The translations under genes were made by a program, and so were the position numbers. A stretch of 62,966 nucleotides of DNA, filler included, from Armatimonadota bacterium (lineage in GTDB: Bacteria; Armatimonadota; Fimbriimonadia; Fimbriimonadales; Fimbriimonadaceae), in the NCBI GenBank assembly GCA_031400935.1. It is 4 parts of 4 records of this genome, joined end to end, with 100 filler letters (N's around TTAATTAATTAA, not from the genome) between each part and the next. Parts side by side here need not be neighbours in the genome. Positions count along the whole stretch, not along the records: positions 34,629 to 58,824 come from JANNQV010000047.1; 3 more parts are not named here. One strand, given 5' to 3'. The number at the start of each line of letters is the position of its first letter. Position 1 is the stretch's first letter. Of the stretch, positions 40,030 through 49,757 are shown piece after piece. Below the pieces are notes generated by a model. It did no database searches and was not told where the DNA came from. It was given only the letters and a program-made list of their open reading frames with translations.

Positions 40030-40581
40030 ATGAGCTTTTGGATTCGGCAGGCAACGAATCGAGATACCGAAGCTATCGTGAATGTGATTCGCACTTCGTA
40101 CGACGAATACGGATGGACATGGGAACCTACGGGCTACCACGCCGACCTATATGATATCGAAGCTCAATATTGGCGGCCAGGGCATGGATTTTGGGTTGCG
40201 GAGTCTATTGATTCCGAAGCGAATGTACTTGGCACAGTCGGTCTTCTCTTCTTTCAAGCAATTCCATTAGGTGAAAATTCGATTACTGATTACGGCAGCC
40301 AAATTCGAATAACGGGCGCCGATTGTTCGCTCGAAAGACTGTACGTTCATCCTGAAGCACGAGGGAAGGGTATGGGAAGCGCACTTCTTGATCACGCCAT
40401 GGCAGTTGCCCGCTCTGTCGGGAAGCGTCGAATGGAGATTTGGAGCGACAAGAAGCTCGAAGCTGCTCATCGGCTCTATCGAAAATTCGGTGCATTGGAG
40501 GCAGGTGAGCGAATTTGCCATGACCCAGATCAGAGTCCCGAATGGGGCATGGTTTTACCGTTGGTGCATTTGGAAATTTGA
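40030..40581 (+). CDS. GNAT acetyltransferase
   Basis: RLYVHPEARGKGMG, AHRLYRKFG. Confidence 0.9.
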   Translation: MSFWIRQATNRDTEAIVNVIRTSYDEYGWTWEPTGYHADLYDIEAQYWRPGHGFWVAESIDSEANVLGTVGLLFFQAIPLGENSITDYGSQIRITGADCSLERLYVHPEARGKGMGSALLDHAMAVARSVGKRRMEIWSDKKLEAAHRLYRKFGALEAGERICHDPDQSPEWGMVLPLVHLEI

Positions 40582-40596
40582 GACTTGAAAGCGCGG

Positions 40597-41052
40597 TCAA
40601 GCCCGCGCACTCCCAAATAGGTTCTTTACCATTTTCAAATGTGGCAGTCCCACTTCAAGAAACAGTTCACCCTCGATCGTATATCCAGTTTTTTTGTAGA
40701 ACCCGACAACGTTTTCTCTAGCATGAAGAACAACCGTCCTGTATCCGGCGCCCATGGCGCAGTCTTCGCTAAATTTCATCAGCTTCATTCCAATTCCTGT
40801 ACCTTGAAGCTCGGGATTGACTCCCACCGAACGAAGTCTCACGAATTCGGAGTCTCCTCTTGTCAAGACCAGGGCAGCAACAACGAGCCCATTCGAAACT
40901 CCCACGATATGAATGTCATCGCACTCGATCCTAAACTTGCGAATATCGTATGGCAAATCAATTGGCAGGCGAAGTGTGAGAAATCGTAAAATTGTCTGCT
41001 GCCAATACTCGGCTGAAAGATGCTTGGCGACCCGAAACTCAATGTTGCTCAA
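40597..41052 (-). CDS. GNAT acetyltransferase
   Basis: VNPELQGTGIG, LHAR...FYKKTGY, F.EVGLPH. Confidence 0.9.
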   Translation of the reverse strand: MSNIEFRVAKHLSAEYWQQTILRFLTLRLPIDLPYDIRKFRIECDDIHIVGVSNGLVVAALVLTRGDSEFVRLRSVGVNPELQGTGIGMKLMKFSEDCAMGAGYRTVVLHARENVVGFYKKTGYTIEGELFLEVGLPHLKMVKNLFGSARA

Positions 41053-41370
41053 TTAGTGTCCTACCGACCAACTGTCAAATTGCCCGTTCAGAGATTTCAC
41101 AATTTTTGAAACGGTATCGTTTGCCCTCGAGATATTTATCTCACTTGGAACGAAAATCTTGGTTGCAAAAAGCGTCCATCGCATCGCAATGCCTTCGCCG
41201 GCATCTTCAAAGTCTGTTTTATATCCTTGCTCCCGCAATCTCATTGCTGCTCCCTTGGCCGATGGCTCAACAGGAAAATAGCAGAAAAAGCGAATCGGTT
41301 GGGCGATCTCAAGGTTTAGCCCCATTTGACGCAAATTTTCAATCTGTGATTTGTCTCTTTCACTAAGCAT
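41053..41370 (-). CDS. RraB-like (RNase E inhibitor) domain protein
   Basis: LRQMG.NL....I.FF.YF...GQFDSW pattern. Confidence 0.65.
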   Translation of the reverse strand: MLSERDKSQIENLRQMGLNLEIAQPIRFFCYFPVEPSAKGAAMRLREQGYKTDFEDAGEGIAMRWTLFATKIFVPSEINISRANDTVSKIVKSLNGQFDSWSVGH

Positions 41371-41432
41371 CGTAACTCCATTCTAGGCGTCTTCGCCCGA
41401 AATTGCAAGGCTCGGACGGGTACCTTGATAAC

Positions 41433-41915
41433 ATGACGGATTTTGAAGAGGCCTGGATTCTCACGAGAACAAGGTTTTGCGATGCGGTCAAAGACCTAAA
41501 CCAAGACCAGCTAAATTGGCGAATTCATCCCGATACGTTGACCTGTGGCGAAAGCGCAATGCATGTTGCCGGAGCGGAGTGCCGTTTCACGTATGATTTA
41601 CTTGGTCAAAAGCCGAATGGAATGGATGCCCGAATTTATGAAGCCGCCGCAAGCGGAGTCGTTAATGATGACCCGTTTCCGTTTTCGTCAGATGAAATTA
41701 CATCTGAACTCGTTTTGCAAGCTCTTGGAAGGGGGCTTGAATTGGTTCAGCCATTGATTTCCAATCCGGACGAGCATCGGAAGACTGAAATCGTAAGCAT
41801 TTTGGGACCAACCGTGAACGGAACGGGTGTTTTCGCTCGACTTGCCTATCATGCAGGTTATCACCAGGGTCAGGTTCATTTGCTGAAGACGGCTCCAGGA
41901 TTTCCGAAAAATTGA
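41433..41915 (+). CDS. DinB family protein
   Basis: HVAGAE...HAGYHQGQ. Confidence 0.85.
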   Translation: MTDFEEAWILTRTRFCDAVKDLNQDQLNWRIHPDTLTCGESAMHVAGAECRFTYDLLGQKPNGMDARIYEAAASGVVNDDPFPFSSDEITSELVLQALGRGLELVQPLISNPDEHRKTEIVSILGPTVNGTGVFARLAYHAGYHQGQVHLLKTAPGFPKN

Positions 41916-42123
41916 AATATTTTTGAGAGGGCACAGATTGGGTATAGAGTTTGGGGTACAGGGTCAGCATCAAGAAGCTTACGAATTTTCATTGAATTTC
42001 TAAGTGCACTCTATCAATATTCGGATTCGCTAAAAATGCAACTGTGTTCACCTCCAAACCCCCAAACCCAAACCCAAACCCAAACCCCATACCCCATACC
42101 CCATACCCCATACCCTAAAGACC

Positions 42124-43389
42124 ATGTTCCTAGACGAAGCAAATATTGAAATCACCTCCGGCAGGGGAGGCGCAGGTGTCGTAAGCTTTCACCGCGAAAA
42201 GCACGTTCCGCGTGGCGGGCCCGATGGTGCCGACGGAGGGCGCGGCGGAAGCGTTTACTTAGTCGCAGATCGCGGGAAAAGGACGCTTTATGACTTCAAA
42301 TTTCAGCCTCATTTTAAGGCTGCCCACGGGACAGACGCCGTTAGCAACAAGACAGGCAAGAACGGCAAGGATTTGGAAGTAAGGGTGCCTGTAGGAACGG
42401 TTGTAATTGACCTTGATCTTGACGATCAGCTAGTTGACCTTAGCTTTGATGGTGCCCGATATCGAATTTGCAAAGGTGGACGAGGCGGATTTGGAAACCT
42501 GCACTACACAAACAGCGTTCGCCAAGTTCCGAGATTCGCTCAAAAGGGCGAACCAGAAGAAACTGTTCGAATTCGTCTGGAACTAAAACTAGTCGCTGAC
42601 ATTGGAATTGTGGGTCTGCCCAACGCGGGCAAAAGCACCCTCATTTCTCGAATTTCAGCGGCAAAACCTAAAATCGCTGATTACCCGTTCACGACCATTG
42701 TCCCGAATCTCGGAGTTGTCACTGCCGGTGATGAATCTTTCACGGTCGCCGACATGCCCGGACTCATCGAAGGAGCAAGCGAAGGCCACGGACTAGGGCA
42801 TCAGTTTCTTCGACATGTGGAAAGAACTTCTGCACTAGTTCATTTGGTTGAAGTTGACCCGATTGATATGACAAATCCAGTCGAAAACTATCAACTGATC
42901 GAAGCTGAATTGGCAAAATATTCGGAAGAAATTTCGAGGCGCCCGAGAATTGTTTGCATCACTAAAACAGACACGGTTACCCCTGGCGACGTTGGAGTCG
43001 TCGTGGAGTGGTTTAAGGAAATCGGCGTTGAAGCACTGCCCATTTCTGCCGCTACCGATGATGGAATCGAAGACCTGACTTTCCGAATGCTCGAACTGGT
43101 TCATCAAGCGACAAAGCACCAAAAAATTCCAACGCTGCTTCCCGAACTCAAGAGAGTTGATGATGGCACTTGGAACATTGAAAAGCTGGAAACTGGTTTT
43201 GCAGTAACCGGAAAGCGACTCGACAAACTTGTCGCAATGACCAACCTCGACAATGAAGATGCGCTCTATGTACTTCATCGCAAGCTAGAAAGAATTGGAG
43301 TCATTGACAAACTTCGAAAGATGGGTGCGAAGGATGGGGACGAAGTATCACTAGGCGAATTCATATTCTCTTTCGAGGTTGATGAATGA
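42124..43389 (+). CDS. obgE: GTPase ObgE
   Basis: Gly-rich Obg fold, GLPNAGKS, DYPFTT, DMPGLIEGA, C-terminal OCT domain. Confidence 0.97.
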   Translation: MFLDEANIEITSGRGGAGVVSFHREKHVPRGGPDGADGGRGGSVYLVADRGKRTLYDFKFQPHFKAAHGTDAVSNKTGKNGKDLEVRVPVGTVVIDLDLDDQLVDLSFDGARYRICKGGRGGFGNLHYTNSVRQVPRFAQKGEPEETVRIRLELKLVADIGIVGLPNAGKSTLISRISAAKPKIADYPFTTIVPNLGVVTAGDESFTVADMPGLIEGASEGHGLGHQFLRHVERTSALVHLVEVDPIDMTNPVENYQLIEAELAKYSEEISRRPRIVCITKTDTVTPGDVGVVVEWFKEIGVEALPISAATDDGIEDLTFRMLELVHQATKHQKIPTLLPELKRVDDGTWNIEKLETGFAVTGKRLDKLVAMTNLDNEDALYVLHRKLERIGVIDKLRKMGAKDGDEVSLGEFIFSFEVDE

Positions 43390-43979
43390 GAATCGGCATT
43401 TTCGGAGGCACGTTCGATCCGCCGCACAATGGGCATTTGGCTCTTGCTGAAGCCGCATTGGAGCACCTAAACCTCGACGAGGTCATTTGGGTGCCAGCAT
43501 TCCGAAACCCGCATAAAGAAGGGCCTACTGGCGCCAGTACCAAAGAGCGTTTCGAAATGATTCAGCTTGCCATTGCTGGAAACCCAAAATTTGCTATAAG
43601 CGATATCGAAATCCGCCGTCGAGGACCGAGTTACTCTGTTGACACGTTGTCGGAGCTTAAGGAAGTTGTTCCGGGCGACTATTGGCTCTTGCTTGGCTTA
43701 GATTCTGCTTTGGACCTACCTCGCTGGAAGGGATATCTTCGAATTCTGAAAATGGCAAGGTTAGGGTGCGTACTTCGTGAGGCCCATGATTGGGATCAAG
43801 AAATTCAGCGTATCGCGCCTGAGATTCAACCTTTGGTTGATCAGGTTCCTATGAAATCCTCGGAAATTTCAAGTTCCGATATTCGAATTCGATGCAGTGT
43901 CAAGAGAAACATCCATGCCCACGTTCCTGGAAAGGTCGAGGAATTTATTAAGAAGAATGGGCTGTATGGGGCGAAGTAG
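43386..43979 (+). CDS. nadD: Nicotinate-nucleotide adenylyltransferase
   Basis: GGTFDPPHNGH, SYSVDTL, ISSSDIR. Confidence 0.95.
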   Translation: MRIGIFGGTFDPPHNGHLALAEAALEHLNLDEVIWVPAFRNPHKEGPTGASTKERFEMIQLAIAGNPKFAISDIEIRRRGPSYSVDTLSELKEVVPGDYWLLLGLDSALDLPRWKGYLRILKMARLGCVLREAHDWDQEIQRIAPEIQPLVDQVPMKSSEISSSDIRIRCSVKRNIHAHVPGKVEEFIKKNGLYGAK

Positions 43980-44044
43980 TTGGGTCATTGGGTCATAACC
44001 CAATGACCCGAACCTGCCATAATCTCTCCAGAGCCAAACACATA

Positions 44045-44392
44045 ATGACCTCAACTGAAAAAGCAGCCCTACTTGTAACTTTCGCCGACGAAATCAAAGC
44101 AGAAGAAATCGAAACTCTCGATATTCGAGACAAGACCTCAATGGCAGATTATTTTGTGATCTGCGCTGGTACCAGTGACCGCCATGTCGTTTCCATTGCA
44201 GACCGTGTGATGGAGGAAATGAAAGCCAAAAAACTTCGTCATTTGCGCGTCGAAGGCGAAAACTCAGGCTGGGTTTTGGTGGATTACGGCGACGTGATTT
44301 TCCATGTCATGCGCGAAGAACAGCGTCAATTCTACGATTTGGAGACTTTTTGGAAAACCAAACAGCCCGATCCATCCGTCGCTGATTCATAA
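44045..44392 (+). CDS. rsfS: Ribosome silencing factor
   Basis: DYFVIC...WVLVDYGDVIFHV...R.FYDLE.FW. Confidence 0.95.
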   Translation: MTSTEKAALLVTFADEIKAEEIETLDIRDKTSMADYFVICAGTSDRHVVSIADRVMEEMKAKKLRHLRVEGENSGWVLVDYGDVIFHVMREEQRQFYDLETFWKTKQPDPSVADS

Positions 44393-44398
44393 GTAAGC

Positions 44399-45391
44399 AT
44401 GGCGCAAGTACCCTTCGACGTTGAAAAGGCCTGGGAACAGTTGCGCGAACTCGCGGACAAAATGACTTCGTGCAGTGATGCCGATGTCTATGATGCGATC
44501 AAAGTTTCGTTTGACCCGCTTGTCGCCCAGTTGAAAGCAAGCCATGCCCATGTTCCGGATTGGGTGGTTGCACATGGCCTTTTGAGAACTCAATTTGTTC
44601 CAAAAGCCAACGCAAATCCACTGATGTCAGATGTTCAGCCGTCGAATGCGATGCTCTTTGGCATGAAGGCAAAGACGACTGACAATTCAGATTTGCTGAT
44701 TCCCGAAGCAGAAACTCCTGCAGAACCAGAACCTGTTGAAAAGCCAACGGCCGAGCAAATCGCCAACGCAGAACGCCTGATTCGAGAGGCAAGGGTCTTT
44801 CAAATGCGTGGCAACCGCGAAGAAGCAATGCGATTGCTCAAAGAGGCAGAGTCAGCTGCTCCAAATGCTTCACCAGTCTTAGAAGCAGTCGGCGACGAAC
44901 TGCTTGCCGCCAGAAAATTTGGCGAAGCTAGACGCTATTACGACCGTGCCCGGATTGCTGATCCATTGAATATAAGCGCCGACAAGAAGTTTGCAGATTC
45001 CGTATTTCGAACCAATGCGGCGGTACATCAATACGACCCTTCCCTCGATTCTGAAATAATGGCGAATCCAAAATCGGCCGCAATTTTGTCGTTCATCCTT
45101 CCAGGATTGGGCCAAATTGTTCGCGGCTCGACGATTAAGGGCTTGGTCTTCATGCTTGGCTATCTTGCCTGTGCAGGCATCGCACTAAAAATGGGTTTGC
45201 CAGCTGCTCTCGTTGGATTGGGCACGCCCAATGCCCCGAAATCGGAAGTAAATCCCATGGTTTGGGGCGTAACTGCCGTCGGATTCTTGATCTACATCGC
45301 CAACGCGATTGATGTAGCTTTGAGTGCGAAATTGTCGGGGAAGAAGCAGTTTGATCGTCCGTTGCCGCCGGAGAATTTGCCGTTTGAGTGA
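44399..45391 (+). CDS. TPR-containing membrane protein
   Basis: TPR-like helices; AAILSFILPGLGQ...KG TM module. Confidence 0.75.
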   Translation: MAQVPFDVEKAWEQLRELADKMTSCSDADVYDAIKVSFDPLVAQLKASHAHVPDWVVAHGLLRTQFVPKANANPLMSDVQPSNAMLFGMKAKTTDNSDLLIPEAETPAEPEPVEKPTAEQIANAERLIREARVFQMRGNREEAMRLLKEAESAAPNASPVLEAVGDELLAARKFGEARRYYDRARIADPLNISADKKFADSVFRTNAAVHQYDPSLDSEIMANPKSAAILSFILPGLGQIVRGSTIKGLVFMLGYLACAGIALKMGLPAALVGLGTPNAPKSEVNPMVWGVTAVGFLIYIANAIDVALSAKLSGKKQFDRPLPPENLPFE

Positions 45392-45609
45392 ACCCAGATT
45401 CCGCACTTTCTGCCGGTTCATAGCACTGGGAGGGAGAGGGGATTAAGGGAATAGCAGTTCTCGATCAACTGATGATCCAAAAGAACAAAGACCGTAAGTA
45501 CTGCAATCACCTTTCGCCTCCATACCTCTCTAGTCAATTCGATTTTCGCTCCAATCTCAAAGTCGAGAAAGACTTGCTCTGAACTGTTTAGAGATACAAT
45601 GAGAGAATA

Positions 45610-45816
45610 ATGATAAACAAGAAGTTCTTGACGGACGAGAACAACAAGCCAGTTGCTGTTCTCATTGATTATCAAGATTGGCTGGTAATTGAAAAGCAAC
45701 TTGAGCTATCACCCGAAGAGCGAATTGCGAGGATCAATGCCCTAGCTGGATCAGTCAAGTTTCCAATGGAAGGTTTGGAGTTTCAACAGATGATGCGAGC
45801 AGAATGGGATCGGTAA
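45610..45816 (+). CDS. Putative antitoxin
   Basis: 68 aa; DENNKPVAVLI...GLEFQ..MRAEW; overlaps the start of the PIN gene. Confidence 0.75.
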   Translation: MINKKFLTDENNKPVAVLIDYQDWLVIEKQLELSPEERIARINALAGSVKFPMEGLEFQQMMRAEWDR

Positions 45817-46166
45817 TTCTGGACACAAATGTTGTGATTTATCACCTTGACGGTTCGCTGGCCGAATAGTTCGCCGGGGTCGAAGTTGGTGTTTCCCTCA
45901 TCACCGAAATTGAACTACTCGGCTACCATGGGCTTACTCCTGAAGGCGAAATCGCTATTCGAACTTTTTTGAGCCTATCTCGCTGTTACGAGATTGATAG
46001 CGAAGTTAAACGACAAGCAATCAACCTGCGTCGAATGAATCGGCTTAAATTGGCTGATGCCATTATTGCCGCGACGGCGATCGTTGGCGATGCTGCTTTG
46101 TTGAGTCTTGACAAGGGATTTTCGGACGTGCCAGGACTCAGAGTTACGGCACCTAAACTAAAATGA
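45804..46166 (+). pseudogene. VapC/PIN toxin with in-frame TAG at codon 22 (45867-45869)
   Basis: MGSVILDTNVVIY...*...SLITEIELL...KLADAIIAATA....LLSLDKGF in one frame. Confidence 0.82.
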
Positions 46167-46270
46167 GAGCGAGACTTTAGTCTTCCTACAGGGACAACAA
46201 ACCTGCGTTCGAGTTCGGGATTCGGTATTATGTGTTAATTCTTCACGAATCCCGATTAATGAACTCCGAT

Positions 46271-46894
46271 TCACTTACTCGCCTTTCTCAACTCCCCAAT
46301 CAGCTCAATTTGAATCGAAGTCGCCGTCAGGTCGCTTCTCGTTCGCTCAATCACGGCACGTAACGCATCGCAACTTCTTCGAAGGCCGCCAGTCATCGAA
46401 TCGGGGAAATCAAAAGTGATCAGTTCGTCGTAGATTTCTTCCATCATCCCCAAGATCCTCTCTGCCTCAGATGTGCGCCCTTTTCGCATTTCATCTAATG
46501 CAAAGCGGCGCACTTCGCTTGCGGCTTCCGCCATGCCGTTCAAATAGGTCGCCATCAAAACCCCCAACTCCTTTGGAGTGGGATATGGCTCGCCATGCAC
46601 GATCGCGAGAACGGCTGCGGCTTCCACCATTTCCTTTTCGGCGTCATGCAAATATCCCGCGTAAAACAGCTCGCCAAACTTGGAAAGGTGCTCCCTTGCG
46701 GTTTTGGAAAGTTCGGTCACCTGATTCAGAAGCTCTCGTGCTTCGTCAAACTGATGGCGATGGACATGCCGGATGCTGCGAGAGCTTGTCTGTGTGATCT
46801 TGCGGCAAACGGTGAGGCCCGCTTCCCTGGCTTCGTGCATCTCTTGAGCATGCTCGCGTAACGAACCCGTGATTTCTTCCCAATGAGTGGACAT
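46271..46894 (-). CDS. Translin/TRAX-family protein
   Basis: AREAGL...R.I...S...I..VHR, AEKEMVEA, YLNGMAEAASEVRR, LRRSCD.LR. Confidence 0.85.
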   Translation of the reverse strand: MSTHWEEITGSLREHAQEMHEAREAGLTVCRKITQTSSRSIRHVHRHQFDEARELLNQVTELSKTAREHLSKFGELFYAGYLHDAEKEMVEAAAVLAIVHGEPYPTPKELGVLMATYLNGMAEAASEVRRFALDEMRKGRTSEAERILGMMEEIYDELITFDFPDSMTGGLRRSCDALRAVIERTRSDLTATSIQIELIGELRKASK

Positions 46895-47030
46895 TGTTGG
46901 AAGGGACGATTGGGGAGGGGTTTAGGGTGTTGGGTTTAGGGTTTGGATCTAGCAGGAAAAATTGGACCTATAGGACAAATAAGTCATATATGGCCTATAC
47001 GACTTATTCCGAACAAATGCGAGCTAGAAC

Positions 47031-48317
47031 TTACCCAAAGAACTCAAACTCTTCAATCTTCTTCTTCACGCTTTGCAAAAACCTTCCAGCCAAAAGGCCA
47101 TCAATGATCCGGTGATCGTAGGTCAGCACAAAGTACATCATGGACCGAATCGCAATCATGTCGTCTACAATCACAGGCTTCTTGGTAATGGCATACGCCC
47201 CACCGATAGCGGCTTGAGGAGCATTGATCATTGGAGTCCCGAAAAGGGCTCCGTAGCTCCCTGGATTTGTCAAGGTGAAAGTTCCGCCCTGAACATCCTC
47301 CGGCTTTAGGCCGTTGCTCCGAGCCTTCGCGGCGATGGATTCCAAGTCTCTGGCAATGTCAACGATTGATTTCGATTCGCAATCTCGAATCACAGGCACG
47401 ATCAACCCTTCGTCGCCTTTGGCACCCAAAGAAACTGCAACTCCCATTTGAACAGAACTGCTTATGACGATTTGGTTGTCTTCTCGCAAACTTGCGTTGA
47501 GCATTGGGAATTCGCCAATTGCATCCGAAAGGGCTTTGATGAAAAACGGAGTGTAGGTTAGCTTGACACCATTCTTGGCTAAGAAACTCTCTTTGTTTTG
47601 CTCTCGGAAACGCACCATATTGGTCACATCAATCTCGATGATTGTGGTAACCGTAGGCACTGCCGAGCTTTTTAGCATGTGATCTGCGATCATCTTTCTC
47701 ATGCCGACAAGCGGAGTCGTTGAACCTGAAATGGGTGAAATAGGTGATTGGGATGAAGTGGGTGAAGAAAGAAACCCTTCGACATCCGTTCTGTTAACCC
47801 TTCCGCCAGTGCCCGAGCCGCTAATCGAGTTCAATTGAGCGTCAGAAATTCCATGAGCCTTCGCCATGGACCGTACGACAGGCGAGAACCACCTTTGTGA
47901 ACTGGGTGATTGGGGTGAAGTGGGTAAGGGGGATGATTGGGGTGACTCGGGTGAAGTGGGTGAACTGGTCGTTTTGGGGGAAGCTTGGGATTGGGTGGCA
48001 ACTGCGTAAGCGACTCTGTCACCCAATTCACCCAATTCACCCACTTCACCCATGTCACCCAGTTCAAGTGCCTCCCCCTCCGGCGTAATAACCCCCATCG
48101 CCTTGAAAACTTCGACAAGCTCGCCTTCGGGGATCAAAATTTGAGTGAGAATTCCGCTTGCAGGGCTTGGAAGCTCGGTATTCACCTTGTCGGTCATTAT
48201 CTCAACGACAGGTTCATCTTCTTTAACAAAATCGCCGACTTTCTTCAGCCAACGGCTTACCGTACCTTCATGTACCGATTCGCCCAGTTCGGGCATAAGA
48301 ATTTCGACGGGTGGCAT
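47031..48317 (-). CDS. 2-oxoacid dehydrogenase E2 dihydrolipoamide acyltransferase
   Basis: Lipoyl domain (TDKV), E3-binding GSGTGGRV, catalytic DHRIIDG. Confidence 0.93.
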   Translation of the reverse strand: MPPVEILMPELGESVHEGTVSRWLKKVGDFVKEDEPVVEIMTDKVNTELPSPASGILTQILIPEGELVEVFKAMGVITPEGEALELGDMGEVGELGELGDRVAYAVATQSQASPKTTSSPTSPESPQSSPLPTSPQSPSSQRWFSPVVRSMAKAHGISDAQLNSISGSGTGGRVNRTDVEGFLSSPTSSQSPISPISGSTTPLVGMRKMIADHMLKSSAVPTVTTIIEIDVTNMVRFREQNKESFLAKNGVKLTYTPFFIKALSDAIGEFPMLNASLREDNQIVISSSVQMGVAVSLGAKGDEGLIVPVIRDCESKSIVDIARDLESIAAKARSNGLKPEDVQGGTFTLTNPGSYGALFGTPMINAPQAAIGGAYAITKKPVIVDDMIAIRSMMYFVLTYDHRIIDGLLAGRFLQSVKKKIEEFEFFG

Positions 48318-48551
48318 TCCAATTATTCTATCTGATTTTGAATTCATTCAGCTTCGAAAATCTGAGTCGGCAAACAGGAAACGCGACAAAGCCGAAAAGT
48401 CAAATTAGCAAATCGTGAACATACTTCACTTCAAACCTCCAATTCGTCGTCTTTTGCCAAAAAATGAACGTCTATACAATAGGAATCATCAAATTGATTC
48501 ACAATAAATAGTCGGCCCAGAGCAATTTGTGACCGATTTCCCCAGAACATT

Positions 48552-49634
48552 ATGGCAACTATCACCCCAGAAATCGCTCGAAAAGAACGTACAACTCCAA
48601 ATTATCGCCAGCAGATCAAACGCTCGCTCTCCGAAAAAGTATTCAAGCCAAGCCGAAGCAATCTTTGGTGGCTGCCGGCTCACTTCGCATTTATCGCTGG
48701 ATGCTGGTATTTGCTAAGCGCTCAATTTTCTTGGTGGTTTGTACCATTCGTAACTCTTGCCATCGGCCATTCTATGGCTTGCACTGCCTTTGTCGCGCAC
48801 GACGTAGGGCATGGCGGCGCTCATAAGGGATTGTTCTGGAGAGATCTTTTTTGCGGCATCGGATTCTCAGCTTTTTGGATTTCCCCAAGACTTTGGCGAA
48901 GGTGGCACAATGACGATCACCACGGACATACTCAAGTCGAAGGCGTAGACCCTGATCACCTATTCACGATGGAGGAATACGAAAAAAATCCGATCCTTCG
49001 CGGGCTTTACAAACTCTCGCCATTTTTGAGAAACATCGTCATTTTCAGTTCGTTCACCTATCGAATGAATCAGCAGCAGCTTCGCATGGTTTTCGTTTAC
49101 ATGAGGTCAAAGAAGCCGCCTACATGGGAAAAAGTTGTTATCGTATCTCAGCTGATGTTTATGGCTGGAGCATGGATTACCCTTGCAAGCCTTTTGGGAA
49201 GCACCGTCGTCATTTGGGGGTATTTCATCCCGCTGATGGTCGCAAATTCGATAGTAATTTCTTATATCGCCACCAACCACTTTTTGAATCCGCTGGCAGA
49301 TGAGAGCGATGTCTTGGCGACATCGTTAAGCGTGACGCTTCCACGCTGGCTCAAGTGGCTCGATCCCATGCACCAGTACTTTGGGGCGCATGTTGCTCAT
49401 CACCTCTTTCCACAGGCACCCGCACATAGTGCTCGATTGATTGAGGCGAAGACGGCTGAGCTTTTTCCAAACGACTTTCATTCCATGCCGATGTGGACTG
49501 CCCTAGTAATGCTGTGGCGCACTCCTTGGATTTACGAAGGGCAGAACACACTAGTTGACCCGCAACGAAAGAGAAGAATCCCAACGTTAGGGCATGGGTT
49601 AGAGCGGTTTAGGCTCTGGCGCAAGAAAAAATAG
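48552..49634 (+). CDS. Membrane fatty acid desaturase
   Basis: His boxes HDVGH, WHNDDHH, HVAHH. Confidence 0.9.
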   Translation: MATITPEIARKERTTPNYRQQIKRSLSEKVFKPSRSNLWWLPAHFAFIAGCWYLLSAQFSWWFVPFVTLAIGHSMACTAFVAHDVGHGGAHKGLFWRDLFCGIGFSAFWISPRLWRRWHNDDHHGHTQVEGVDPDHLFTMEEYEKNPILRGLYKLSPFLRNIVIFSSFTYRMNQQQLRMVFVYMRSKKPPTWEKVVIVSQLMFMAGAWITLASLLGSTVVIWGYFIPLMVANSIVISYIATNHFLNPLADESDVLATSLSVTLPRWLKWLDPMHQYFGAHVAHHLFPQAPAHSARLIEAKTAELFPNDFHSMPMWTALVMLWRTPWIYEGQNTLVDPQRKRRIPTLGHGLERFRLWRKKK

Positions 49635-49757
49635 GAATTGTTTTCGCAAAGCGGAACGCAAGTTGTTGGCAGGTTGTTGGCGATAAGCGGATTGCAGTTA
49701 GCGGTAGCTCGCTCCGAGTACGCTCCACTCTCCACTCTCGTCTGATAGACTGTCACC

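Noticed and set aside
45867..45869. TAG as evidence of pyrrolysine or genome recoding
   Set aside because: TAG terminates many normal genes here (murJ, thiolase, nadD) and no pyl genes are present.
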